A stretch of DNA of 64,000 nt from Chlorokybus atmophyticus. Lineage: Eukaryota > Plantae > Mesostigma and Chlorokybus algae. The notes below the pieces were generated by a model, which did not search any database, was not told the origin of the DNA, and was given only the letters and a program-made list of their open reading frames with translations. This document shows, piece by piece, positions 25,331-38,667 of this stretch (positions within the stretch are counted from its first letter, which is position 1; each line of letters opens with the position of its first letter). Position numbers and translations under genes: made by a program. The stretch is taken from positions 186,001-250,000 of the forward strand of contig RHPI01003389.1 in assembly GCA_009103225.1 (NCBI GenBank), in the 5' to 3' direction.

Positions 25331-27436
25331 CGTGCGTTGTTGCAGGAGAATTTAGGTGTGGTATGGAGTTTCGGGTCAACATCTGCACTCGCAACTCAAG
25401 CACCGGTGCCTCGCGCATGGTGGGTGATGCACTGGACATCGGCAAACAAGTAGTATGCACGGCATCGACAAACAGGTAAGACCAGGTGAGCGCAGGCATG
25501 TGGGGAGCAATTGCCCGCATGCATGCAGGTTGATCCAGTCAGCATTGTGTGTGTGGTGACAATGTGATGGGACACATGGCCACAACTGCTGTACAGTGGC
25601 ATGCTTGCCCCTGCTGCCGCAGTTAGGCCTAGTTACCCTGCCGACATGCCATTGCTAACGTGTACAGCAGGCCACGCAGCCTGTGAAGCGGGCTGGCGCG
25701 GGAGATAAGAGGCAGCGGCGGCCTTCCCAACTGGGCCGGGGCTTAGTTGCATTGGCAGTGGCATCGTCTGGTCGTTGTCCGTGTGGTCGTGCTTGAGAGC
25801 GGAGCTGCTGCTGACTTACCTCTCCTCTCCTCTCCTTCTGTGTTCTGCAGGTAGTATACCGTCTGCTGCTGTATCGTCAGTCAGTCAACGGCCCTGCTTC
25901 AGCTGGCACTTAGATTGCATTAGCTGTAGGCCCCTAGCCAGCCCTCTGGTGTATGTAGTTATGTACTTGTTTGCTTGTGTGCTTGGCGTGGCCTTGGTGT
26001 GCATTGCAAACATGGTTGCGCATGTGTGGCACAGCCCATTAGGTACATGCATGCGTGCGAATGACTGACAAAACCATAAGCGTGCGTCAAGCGGATCGGC
26101 GGTGGGGGTGGGAGCGGGGAGGGAGGAGCTCGAGTCCGTTGAGTCGGCTGCTGTGGTTACCGCTACAAGGGCTGGCCGCTGAACTCAGTCGCTGTGCAGG
26201 TAGTTTAGTAAGGCTCGACTGCTGAGTAGCTATGCATGTAGGGTAGATAGGTTGTATAGACAGAGCATACACTACTTGAATGTGATGATGGTTGTGATGG
26301 ACGGCTGCTGTGCATGTGAATGTGCATGTCTACCAGCTGAGTGCGCATGGAAACACGCCTGGAGCATGTATGATACAGCTCCCCGTACACATGCAAGCGT
26401 TCAATCGTCATCTACTACCATGCCTAGCCACACATCACAACGCACATGCTACTCTGCTAATCTAGCATAAGTAATATATATCGCACCACTCTGCACCTGC
26501 CACCTAGTATGCTACGCTCACACTCCCTTAGCAACGCCACGACTTCCTCCGGCCGTTGTGCGGCACTGCGTGCAAAGGTCCCCAACCGAGCACTGCCTCC
26601 ACCATCGCTGCTCCGTGCTGGGGCGTCACCCTCGGATGTGCTTGTTGTAGCGCACGCCACTCATGTTTGAAAGAGCATGACGAAGTCACTCAACCATCGC
26701 AGGGGCAGCTCAGTCATACACGGGCTTGCGCGTGTGGAGACACATAAAACCTCTCTGCGCGCTTAAAACGGGCGATATTGCTACCTTCTCCCTTGCCTTC
26801 CCCCGCTCCCCTTGCAAACCCTCAAATACTAATATTTCAGCAACATCGCGTGGCAAACAGTTCGTGACCATACCTAACCATCATAAAAACACAACAGCAG
26901 TACACAACGTCAGGCAGCAACGCGCAAGGCAACTATGCTACTCCTGCCAACGCTGCGTCCTCCTCCAGCGTCGGTGCAGACATGTACAGCGGGCTCCACC
27001 CCGAGCCGACCGCCACCACCGCTCCTCTCTCGAGCAGCGCCAGACCCTGCGTGCGGTGCAGCGTGCGGCCACGCGCTGCCTGAAGATTGCCACAAAACCG
27101 CTCAGACACGCTGTAACCACCATGTGGTGACTGCATGTGCAGCTCTCCTACCCATACCACGCAGCTGTCTGGTCAGTGCACCCGCGTACCACTTGCAACA
27201 TAGCCAACATAGGAACTGCAACCTGACCTGATCTGAAACACCGTCCTTAATGACCTGAACTAAGATGTAAGGCTACTCTGGTAGCACACATGGACTGCTT
27301 TAAACAACAACATACACATGCTGAAACGTGTCACACATGCGAGCAGTGACAGGAGGCATGCATTTACAAAGCATATATTTTTGATAAAGCACTACGCACA
27401 ATCTCCATTAACCTTGATGCTGCTGCATGCACTACC

Positions 27437-29564
27437 TTAACCAGGTTGCTGCTCCTCTGCCAAGTCTTCGTCAATAATGTCCACTTCGATGGGGTACCCC
27501 TCCTCCTCAGGATCTGCTTCCTCCTCTACAACCGCGGACTCAACTGCATCTTCGCTATCGGGTTGATGGAAGGAGATAACGTCATGATGACTTCCTTCCT
27601 CCTCAACAGCACTAACCCCATCAGCAGGTTCTGCTGTGGGTTCTGCTTGGCTTTCTTCCAGTTGCCGGTTGGCACTGTCATCTGCTTCTGCCAGGTAGCA
27701 GTTGATGTGCTGGATCGGTTGCTCTTCCAACCTGAACTCTCTGTGTGTAACGACGGTGTCAATGGCAAGGTCAGCCGCAGGCTGCATTGTCGAACAGGGG
27801 TGAGAACCAACACGCATGTGCGACACAAAAAACGAACGTGCTGCTTGCGTGAAGGTTGCAAAGGTTTGAATTTTTGTTGTCTTTTGCTATGGCAGCAGCA
27901 TGCAGAGAGAGCCAATGTGACTTACTCATGCTTGCAGAGCACCGGCGTGAAGTAGGTCAACACATATTTACAAGACAGTGGCTCCTTGATTGAGAAGATG
28001 AAGCTGCTGCTGTGCTGACGAGAGCACATGTACCTCACCTGAAGAAGTAATATGAATTTTCACAGTAACCGACAAGCTTGCCTCGTTTTAACGCTGTATA
28101 CGACAACATCATCGTGCCAAGTACCTCTGTTTCCCGCAAGTCGTAAGGAGCAACATCGCACTTGGTGCCGTTGGTGTAAATGTGACTATGATACCTGCCA
28201 GTAGCAACCAATTTCGTACTGCCGCATAGACTTCTAGTTGTCAGAAACAAACATGATAGCCTGAGTTCGGTCAGCAAGCACTACCATACCTTTGGGGCTC
28301 ACCGGCAGGTTGCTCGTGAGAGTATTCTTTGCCCTTCTCCATGTGGTGTCGCCTCGTTGCTGCTTCATCATACACGCCAAGTATGTACTCGGCAGTCATC
28401 TACCACAGAACTGCTGCTATTCACTCAAATTGCAAGGAGAGGCTAAACTGCATCACAGGGATACAGGTCCCAAGCCAAGTTTACGTTCATCCTGTCAACA
28501 TGTGCTCAGCCCCCCCATAAAGGTCTCAACAATACCTGATCTTTTTCTTGATGATACTGTTTCAAGTACGTCTTGAACTTGAGCTCATACGTCCACCACC
28601 CTTCAACCTGCCAACAACTAACGTATCAACATACAGTGTGGCTATGCAGTGTTGTGAAAAGCGCTTCACGCACCTACCCGGTATGAAGGAGCAGAGGACT
28701 GCAGGTCTTGCAGGAGTGTTTCGGGGCTTCTATTGGAGGGTGTACTCGTGCCATCAGCCTCGCTCATGCTGTCATGCGAGCTTGGTTGCGGGGGCTCGGG
28801 CAGGGTGCACCGGAACTGGCGGCCTTGACTGTCCATTATCATCTGCACACGCGTTTCATCCTCCTGCCAGAGACAGTCTCAATACGTCATGTATGAACAG
28901 ATGAACGGTTCTAGGCTTCAAGCATGTGTTATGGAACAGCATTCAACCGCATGAGATGCAAGCAGACTGCAGGGTGTGTGCAACGAGAGTGAAGGAAAGA
29001 CAAACAGTGTGTCACATGACACAAGCGCGGCAATCCAAGTACTTTGATTTCATCCACCACAACATACCAGCTGCCGGTATGGAAATGCATGGCATGCAGC
29101 TACCAAGGCATGTTTCTCTTGTTTCATGCGCAATGCTCAACGTGCGTTCCCAAGGGTTGCGCCTGACTTTCATCACTGGGTAAAGCCGAGCTCGCTAGTA
29201 AAACATACCGTAGAGCTAGCTGTAAGCTAAGTTGAAGAGAAGCCTGTGTGAGTCATACCTGTTCCAGGTCCGACGGGAATGGCGACGGCCCGTTGATGTT
29301 GACTCTATACCTTGGCTCCCGCAGCTCTTTAGCAAAACTTACCATGGGAGCTGTGTTGTCAACATAAAACGCATAAGACGGCGCATAATTGACAAGGCCA
29401 GGCTAGGCGTTGCTAGGCCATCACACCGATGTACTAGCCTGACCTGGAACGGCGAAGGAGTGAACGACGGTTTCGCCATAAACGCCATGACGAAGCACCA
29501 GAACTGCCGCAACGACGCTCCAGGCTACTACCCGCGACACCGTCGACACCTTCGCCGCCCCCAT
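27437..29564 (-). CDS. OS9: OS-9/EBS6-like ER lectin (MRH domain) with signal peptide and acidic tail
   Basis: Signal-like MGAAKVSTVSRVVAWSVVAAVLVL; GRQFRCTLP; GGWTYEL..KQYHQE; RYHSHIYTNGTKCD..RETEVRYMC..IKEPLSCKYVLTYFTPVLCKH; Glu-rich C-terminus. Confidence 0.88.
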
Positions 29565-29723
29565 GCCGCCCGACCAGGCTTCTCCGTCGCATAAACTGCA
29601 CAACACAGACTCACTTGAGCCAACTCACTTGGTTAAGCTAACAATCAAACTGGTAAGTTTAACCTCAGTTCGACCAAGCCGGGCAGCCTGGTCTGCGCCG
29701 GCCCAGGCGGCCCAGGCTAGTGG
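29565..29723. promoter_or_regulatory. Short bidirectional promoter between OS9 and the AKAP7-like gene
   Basis: Divergent ATGs 159 bp apart; two GGCCCA (site II-like) motifs near 29700-29715. Confidence 0.45.
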
Positions 29724-32000
29724 ATGCAGGCCATGTTGGCGAGGTTGGTGCAGGGGCCGGGTGTGCGATTGGTAGTTTCATTCCCAGATCTGTCGTACCG
29801 TAGTGGCGTGCGCTGTTGCAGCTGCCAGCAGCAGCTCAAGCTTGCCATGGACCAGGCCGGCGACATCATCCGGCCTGTGCGGCGCGGGCCACAGAAGCAG
29901 CATCTCACAGATGAACAGGTACATATCTTGATATACGCATGCAGATGGATGCACGTACTCGTTCAACTCAAACAATGCGGAATGGACTGCTTCAGGCATG
30001 CACGAGCTTCAGCACGAGCATGCTACCCTGCAAGAGCATGCTCATGAGCTTGAAGAGGGGGGGCATCAAGTTTCTTTGCGGTTCACCAATTGAGCGCGTG
30101 TCTCAAGCAAACTGGTAGCGGTTAGCGCGTTGGCACTGAGCTTGGGTATTGTGTTGCAGCTTGCTCGAGGGGACAGGTTGCTGCCCAGGCAGCTAGTCTT
30201 GCAAGGGACAGAAAGACGCTCTCACTTAGCCGCTGCTGCTTCTTCCTCTATTGCTGTTCCAGCCTGCGATGAAGGTGAGAGTGCCGGCCACACAAGTAAC
30301 AGTAGCCATGCCGCTGCAGATCAACAAGACCGCCTCTACCATGCCGGGTAAGAAGCTGGTTCAGCTCTAAAGTGAAGCACAAAGCTTAGGACAAAGTCAA
30401 CAGTCCGTCTGGATTGCCCACAGCACGTCCTGCTATGACTGATGGTTCGTTCCTCTGTGTGTTGTTTGGCTGCAGCGAAGTTGCAGCCGCAAGCAGCAAT
30501 GCTGTGGATGCAATGGGCGATGATGACACGTTGGGTATGATGCGCTTGGAGCAAAGGTATGGGTAGTCATTGGGAACTGTGAGTTGTTGTGACGGTGACA
30601 AAATTCTCACGTGCATAGCATGTAACAGCGCACTAGCAGCAAGTCCTGGTGATGTACGCATCGTTGAAGCAATCAGCGAGCCGGGGACTTCACATGCCGG
30701 CAGCAGCCAACAAGTAGGTAGCAGACTATGATCTTGCCATGAGCATGCACACGGTGCAGTTCTGTCACTATGCTACAGTGTTATCGCTGCATGGTCGTGT
30801 TTTGCTGCATTGCATATTTACATAAGGCGTAGTTCTGGCTGGCTTGCAATTCATGCGTTTGCGGCTTGTCTTATTATGCCTTAGCAGGCGAGGCCCCACA
30901 ACGGAAACTGGGACAGGCCAAGACATCAACGGCCAGACCATTTCCTGAGCCTCCGCATTCGCAGCGATCGCGTGAGGGAAGTGTTTCAACTCGTTCAAAG
31001 CTCGCTCATTGACCACGACCCCGCTTTGCAGCGGTAAACACTGCCTTGTTTCATTGTGTAGAACGGTAAGTTCATGTCATTGTGACACGAACACGCTTTG
31101 GTTGCAGCGCGCTGGTGAGCTGTGACAGCGCTCATCTCACAGTTCTGGTTTTGGCTATCGGAGGCAATGATGACGCATTGGCGCGTGCAATGGACGCTTT
31201 GGCATCGTGCCAGCAGGCATTAGCAGCGACCGGGCTGTCTACTCGTAGAGGGGAGTTCCAGATTCAACTGTCTGGTTTGAGCAGCTTCCGAGACGAGGTA
31301 ACGTGCTTTGATAATTTTATGCTTGCCTTGACAGTAGGCCTAGTTTACACAACGTGCACCCGCTCGTCGGTGGTAAACAGCAAACTCTTGTAACTTTCAG
31401 GTGCTGTACTTGGCGGTGGCAGATGGACCGGACAAAGAGCGGCTTCACCAGCTCGCCAACTGCATACGACAGCACTTTATGGACAATGGGCTGTTTGATA
31501 GGCACATGAACAAGAACTTCACACCACACCTCACCCTTGCAAAACTATCCAAGATGCAGTGGGCGGGCCGCGGCTCGCACCGCAAGCGAATACCGTTCGT
31601 ACGTTGGTTTGGATTGGTTATGCAAGCTTTGTTTTCATTGAGTTGCAACTCAGGTCAACCCATAACTGTCAACACTGACACAGTTCTTGCTTGCAGGAGG
31701 CGTATCGGAGTCATGCTGGCATTGATGCCGGAGTTGTGACGCTCTCAAGCCTGGAACTGTGCAGCATGACAGCGCCCAAGGTATTCGAAAAGGCCTTCTC
31801 AACTTTGCTTAGTGTCATTCAAAAACTCGTTCACATCATGCGCTTGTTCAGTCTGCCGGTGGTGATCAACGATCAACCACCGGCAGCCCGTCTTCATTGA
31901 CAAGTACTGTGTGCTAAAGTTGGGTGCGCATGCGGTTGGCCCTCAGGTGGATGGTTACTACAAGGTGATTTCAAGTATTCCACTGGCAATGGTGTCATAA
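29724..32000 (+). CDS. AKAP7-like 2H phosphoesterase (2',5'-phosphodiesterase/RNA ligase-like fold)
   Basis: RPDHFLSLRI..IDHDPAL; first HxT motif SAHLTVLVL; second FTPHLTLAKLSK; LSSLELCSM; DGYYKV..* (TAA 31998-32000). Confidence 0.85.
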
Positions 32001-32686
32001 GGAAGCTCGTGTTCCCTCTTTGGCCAGCGTGGACAAGACGTAGTGGACAACTCTAAGTTGACGCCACCAGCAGCACAACGGCGTATAATAGCAAGCTGGC
32101 CCTGCTCTCCACCACATCTGCGCATTGCTTGATCAAAGCATGCTGACAAAGTATGGTGTTGCGTGCATAGAGGCTGGTGCTTGAACAATACAGTTTCTGG
32201 GAGAGGCTCCTGCTGTGAGACACTCCTCCAGGGGTTACAGGTAATAAGGCTGTTCATGTCCGTGTTGTTACACTCTCTGAAACTTCTGAGAGGAAAGGAG
32301 ACTAGATCTCTAGTAAGTGGAGGAACTTGTGAAATCAAGTCGCTCACCTGGCTGTGGCGCAAACATGTGCATGTTTGTGACCAATTGTGTGTACGAGCCG
32401 TTTAACAATGTGCACGCGTGTGAGTGCCTATATGCGCGTTTTGCATACTGCCTGCACAAAACCACAGCATGGTACATTGTTCTGAGAGCATGTTCGCATT
32501 GATTTTGGCCGCGGAGCGTTTGCCAATACCTAGGCATCCAAGCAGTTGTACTAGAGTGTGCCTATAAAGTTTAATGCGACGCACACAGGCAGGCAACACT
32601 CGACGCAAGCTCTCAAGTCTCCAAGTTAGGGCTCCTCAGCTCTGCACCTCCCCTGAACCAAAAAAAAAAAAAACAGCTGCGGTGTG

Positions 32687-35600
32687 CTAGTATCTCCTGG
32701 CCTCTGGTGAAGTGAAGCGTGCTGGTGTCGGCTTCTGCTGCTGTACTGCTCTATGCCCCTGCTGCATGCAGTGATGTGTTAGACACAGACACACAGGCAG
32801 AGGAGCATCGTTCCCGACACGGCCTTCCAGACGTGACCTTCTACCATTATGTTACCTGCATGGGGCGTGGTCGCGCGGGGCTGATACCATTTATGTAAGG
32901 CGAGTTGGTGGGGAGCGGTAGCGGCGTCTTCTTGGCTTGGGGAAACGCTGGCAGGTGAGGCTTTCTCGGCACAGCATCAGCCCTTGGCCTCACTGGACTC
33001 TCCTGCTACATAGCGCCAAACAGGGTTATGCTGCATCATCTTACAACATGCATCACATACCACAACACTCACGCTCGGTGATTGCTTGTTATTGTGGTTG
33101 CCGTGCGCTTCGCTTCGTCCATCGGCTTTTCCGCCAACAACTGCCCTCCCCTGGTGGTGGCTGTTGACATCATTCATTCTTGTGCGTTTTGCCGGCGGCC
33201 TCAGCTTGGAGGGACTCTCCCCTGCTGCGGCCTGCTGCTTACCAACCCCAAAGTCCGCAGGCGGCCTAGGTATCTTACTACTACTTAAAGGATGTGAAAT
33301 ATCCTCACTGCTGGACTCTTCTCTCAGATCTTGGCCTGGCCCAGGCCCTGGAGGCGCCAGGTTGCCCCCCCGGCCTGTTCGGTGTGGGGACTTTGAGGCT
33401 GCTTTGTGGTCTTGCTGTGTGGTAATGTTGCTGTATTCGACATTATGATTAGGATGGTGTTCTAACAGAAGTGGATACGAAGTGCTCGGGTGATCGGTAT
33501 CAACGTCGCTATTCCCCTCTGCCTCGTCTATTGTTGTGGAGGGAGCCATTGAAGGCCTTTGCTGCTGCCAAAACAAGTGCCTCTGCAAAAAGTGGGATAA
33601 TACCAACATGAGAGGTGATGGTTGTGTTGTGCAGCATGTTGGTTTGTCCCTTCCCATTGGCAAATGCTCACTCCTCACCTGCATGGCGCGGGAGCCCGTG
33701 AGGTTGTGTATGCGGGGTGAAAGGGGTCCTGCTGCTGCTTCAGCATTGACTTTGCTTGAATGAGGATGGCTTGTGGCGTCTGCACCAGAAGGTGATTCAG
33801 CTGGCACTAGACCCTTTGAGTTTGCGATCTCGTACACATCATCCTTCCCAAGCCCAGCAGACTCCATCACCTGCAATGGAGCAACGTTGTGTCACATGAC
33901 ACATGCATGTACATGACTGCGCAAAGATGCACGTTTTGTTTTGGCAAGCGTGCGTGCGTGCGTGCTTGTGCAGTCTGGATGGGAGGGTGCGTCACCTTCC
34001 ACAGGGTGGTTATGACGCCGTTCTGCTCCGTGATGATGTTGTTGCGCACAGCTATATGGCTCTGCGCCTCCTCCTCAGCAAGCTGGTGCAGCATCTTGGT
34101 CACTCCCATCTGTATCACAGCGCGCACTTCGGCCGAAGCCACGGTGCTGTACATTTCCTTCGCAAGTGTGTGCCGCCTAGCGTCCATGGCAGAGATATCT
34201 TCCACGATTTTGCGCCGCCGCGTTGCAGCCTCCTCGACTTTCTTCTCCAAAGCAGCCTTTCTCTTGCTCAACTCCCCCAACTCCTCCTCGCGCTGCGGCC
34301 CCGCCAACATAGCAGCAGCCTGAGTAGGGAGCACAGTCGGACCATGCCTCAGGTGTTCTTCAACTCAAGTCAGTCAAGTGAATGTGTGTCATGCTTGCAA
34401 GGTAATGTTGATTTGCAAGATGACAACAACATGCTCGCACGCACATGCACGCATTCACACAGTTGCGTACATAGCAGGGATGACTCCTGTAAAGCTGCTC
34501 ACCTGTGAGATGGTTGGTTGGGAGAGGTCAATGGAGCGTCTAGATTCGCCCGGCTCAGGTGTGGGGTTAATGCTGACGCTGCTTTCGCTGAGTTCGTCTG
34601 CTTCAAAACCACCCGAGGACGACATGATTGCAGCTGCTGCGGCCGCAGCGGACGCAACTGTCTCCTCCATACCTGGCATCCGAGGTCAATAACATGGAAA
34701 GTACGCAAGTGTTGACTCCCTCTCATGTCCCCGCCTTTACACCAACTCTACCTTCATAGCTGTCTGCATCGTTTGTTGTACCCAGGTAGGACCCCACTTC
34801 GCCTCCTTCGGCCTCAGCCTCATCTTCTGACTGAATAGTGCGGTATTGGTTTGTGACCTGGCTGTCATGCGTGCTTCCATCATGTGGATTGCACTGTGGT
34901 TAACTTACCCCGGACTGCGCCAGAAGCCTTGTGCGCTTCCGTACTTCACTGAGTTCGCACAGAAGCTCAAGACTCTCCTCATCAATCTGGCACCAATACA
35001 TACCACCATCATCACCGCCATCACCACCATCATCAACGTCATCATCATCAACATCAACAGCATCACTATCGTTGTTTTCTTCACTCCTTGCCTTGAAGAG
35101 GAGCTTCTGCAGGCGAGCACGCTCGGCAATGTTGGCCTGCATCTCGCGGCCAAGTGCGAGGGCGGCAGCATGCTCGTCGGTGTCATCGTCCGTGGAGGGA
35201 GAGCGGACCGTGAGCGGGAGCTGCTTCCGGACCCCACCAGCAGCCAGCTGGCGTCGCAGCCCGCGCACCTCGCTCTGAAGGTTGTCAATGATCCGCTGCG
35301 GTACACACAGAGAAGCCATGTAAGAGCAAAAGTAATGTTGATGTTGAGCAAGTGACTCGACTTGACAGTCCATCAACTGGCCTGCTACTGACAGATCACA
35401 AATTCAGCGACTGTCAAAAGTACACGTGCATAGCTGATTGTCAACCAACGCACACTCACAGGTGCCCTGGTCACCCTGTACTATTACTATAGATTTGGTA
35501 ACCCAACAACGTATCAATCTAACAGAGATTGCGGACAGCATTGGTGACATCAGTTCACATCTATCACAAGTGGTGTCTTGGTACAGGTTTACGGGATGTT

Positions 35601-37529
35601 GGTGATGGTACTACTGGTATCATTTCCTGTATCTGACTGCAGGGCAATGGTGGTACACATGCACATGTGATGCGAACCTGGTACTCCTCAACGTGGCTCT
35701 GTACGGTGCCTCGGTTCTCGCGGACGGCGGTCTTGATCTCCTTGGCGCGGTCGGCATACTTGAGGGTGTTGACGCTGTGGTGGTACTGGTTCGACGAGCA
35801 CGACACCGTCGCCACCATCACCGTACGGCTGTTGCCGCACAGACCGTCCTTCAGCAGACGCGTCAGGCGGCTGTCCCGGAACGGCACAAACACCACCCTG
35901 CAATGGCGTTTGAGATCAAGCGCACGCGCACACAATCTATCAATGAGTACCGGTATCATCACATCTACTTGTTGGTATTGATGGTACCACTAGCAGTGGT
36001 ATCAGCCAGCTTGTACCTTTTGTTACTAGCCGCTGCTGCTATATACTGACTTCACAGCGGCTGCAACAACCACTGCTGGCACTACCAACCAGCAGTGGTT
36101 GTGGTACACTGCTGCTGCGCTTCATAACCTTAGCAGCCACGGTGGCCACTGCTAGCGGCACTCGTAAACGACGAGGTGTTGCATTGGCTGCTGCTGCTAT
36201 GACCACTGATGACTAGTCGTGTTACACTACCACTACTAGTCATGGGTGTGATGGTAGTGGCACTGTTGGAGGCAGCGGTACACCTGCTGCTGCAACCACT
36301 CTGCTGCTACTGGTAGTGGTAGTACTGGCACCATCTGTACCACTACTACCACCACTTGTGTGGTATCACAAGGCAGTCACACCAGTATCACTGCTACTGT
36401 TAGTATTGAATTGCCAACTGACCCTTTGCGGCCGCGTTTGCCGAGAGCGTTGATGCAGTTGGCGAGCGCGAGGAGGGAGCGGTTGATGCCGGCGCCATCG
36501 CGCAGCTGGCGCGCGGCGTTGTTGGTCTCCGACGCGCGCTCTGCCCCCGCCAGATCCACCAGCGCCAACCTCCCCTGCAGCACCTGCGCATATACGGTGC
36601 GACAGTTTCAGCATCAGTGCCAACATCACTCACAGGGGGTCACACACACACAAGTCTCCTGCCTGCTTGTGGTAGTGGTCTTTGTCGCTGCGCCGCACGC
36701 AGATCTCCAGCACCGCATGGGACCGGGACGATGTCTGAATTGGCATGGAAGAGAGGTGATCAGGTGAACACCCACCAGAGAGTGTGAAAGTGAGTGAGTC
36801 TGCGTGCGTGTATGGGTATTCGCGCACATGTGTGTGCGTCCCCTCTTACACTCCCACCTGGTTAGCCTCCGTGGCTTCCGTCTTCCTCCTCATGTTTCCC
36901 TCCCTCAGTAGCTCCAGTATCCTCTCCGCGGACGTGACCTTCTGCTTCTTGAGTCCGACTACGACGGGGCCAAGCTCGGGGTCCTCACGGAGGTCGAGAC
37001 CAGCGGGGGGCACGCCATTGTTGCCGCTGGGGTCGGCGAGGAGGTCGTAGATGATCTCGTTGTAGACCTCGAGGTAGGAGCACGTGATGTCCCACTGCTT
37101 GTCCGGCTCCTGCGCCACCTAGTGGTACAGTTAGCAATTACTTAGCACCTAGAACTCAGCATGGCACGTAGCACTTAGCACTTGGGTAAGCCTAGCATAC
37201 TACGCTGTATGACACTTGCGTAACAATATGCTGCGATGCCGCCTGTATTCTGTGCTACCTGATGCTGTACACTATACCAAGCTACCATACATTATAGTCT
37301 GCTGCCCCACACAGTCCTACGCTACCCCACAACATTTGGCGATGGTTTACTCATGGACGTACTGTACTATGCTACTCCCACGCAGTAACACACGATGAAC
37401 TACTAACGCACTGTGTAATAATCTGCACACTGCACTACAGCGACGCTCTCTGCTGCTACTGAGCAGTGCTACAGTGACAACATTAGCACGGCAACGTTGT
37501 TGTTGTTGTTGTTGTCTTCGTCGTCGTCG

Positions 37530-37566
<37 letters not shown>

Positions 37567-38667
37567 CGCTGTTGTTGTTGTCGCTCTTACTTGGCGGAAA
37601 ATGTCGCGAAGTGAGAGGACCATCATGCCGACATCTCCGTCGCGTCCAACCATGGTGTAGGTCTTGCCGCTGCCCGTGGCCCCGTACGCCAGCACCGTGG
37701 CGTTGAGTCCGCGCAGCAGGCCCGGGATCAGCGGCGCCGCCGTCCTCTCGTACAACTCCTGTTGTACGAGAGGACGGCGTTGTTGTGATGCACACGTTGG
37801 GCTTGCAAAGATGTCAGAATCCCGTCACTCTCACCACTGTGGTGGCGTTGTCGCCGAAGGCTGAGTCGAACACATACTGCTTCTCGCGGCTGCGCCGCCC
37901 GGCGCTCAGAGGGTCCTTGCTGTTGGGCTCCAGGTCGTTCGGGTCCAGAATCACCACAATCTGAGCGTACGAAACAGTTGTTGCGTATGTGTGTGCATAT
38001 GTGCTTCATTCAAGTGCTTCCGCAACAGCGAGTGCGTGCGTGCGTGCGTGCACATGTGTGTGCTTGTGCACGTGTTGATGTCCGCTTGCATGAGTATATG
38101 CTGTGTGCATGTGGGCGGGTGTGGGCGTACATGTTTGTGTACATGTGTGCATGTGTGGGGTATACCTTGTCGTCCACGAGGCGGGCAATGTTGTGGCAGC
38201 CGTGGGCTTTTTCTTGCTTCGTCATGGGCCGGCAGCTAGTTTGATTAATTCACAATCAAGGAGACACAAACATTTGCACATGCTGGCAATCAGCAAGTGA
38301 CACGCATGCAACAGCTACATTTCTACGCTATGCTTGAGACAACTGTGATGTGTGTGCTGTCAGGATACCGCACAACCACCTGCGCACAGACAACACGGGG
38401 TCAGTTGCGTATCGCGAACTGCTCACATAGATGAATAAGTTTCTTGATGCACACGAATCACCATGATGTTTCTGATAGGCCAATGCACGACTGACAGCCA
38501 GCCAACAATCAAGATAATATCAGTCACTTTGTGTATTGATGTTTCTCCAGGATGCCCCAAACACCCCTCCTTACTTGGAGAGTGGCTTGAGACACTCCTT
38601 TGCGCTGCAGCACCCGGGTGAACTTCAGACTGGCATCCACCAGGTCTGCAATCCCTGCCCTCCCCAT
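32687..38667 (-). CDS. Kinesin-8 family motor protein, multi-exon
   Basis: ATLQ|VVVR|CRPM; YVFDSAF; [18 protein letters not shown] (P-loop); [14 protein letters not shown]; LREDP; [10 protein letters not shown]; [13 protein letters not shown]; [15 protein letters not shown]; [18 protein letters not shown]; [12 protein letters not shown]; then coiled-coil and a disordered tail. Confidence 0.93.
37495..37582. repeat. Compound (GTT)n/(GTC)n microsatellite in a kinesin intron
   Basis: Direct trinucleotide repeats. Confidence 0.9.
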
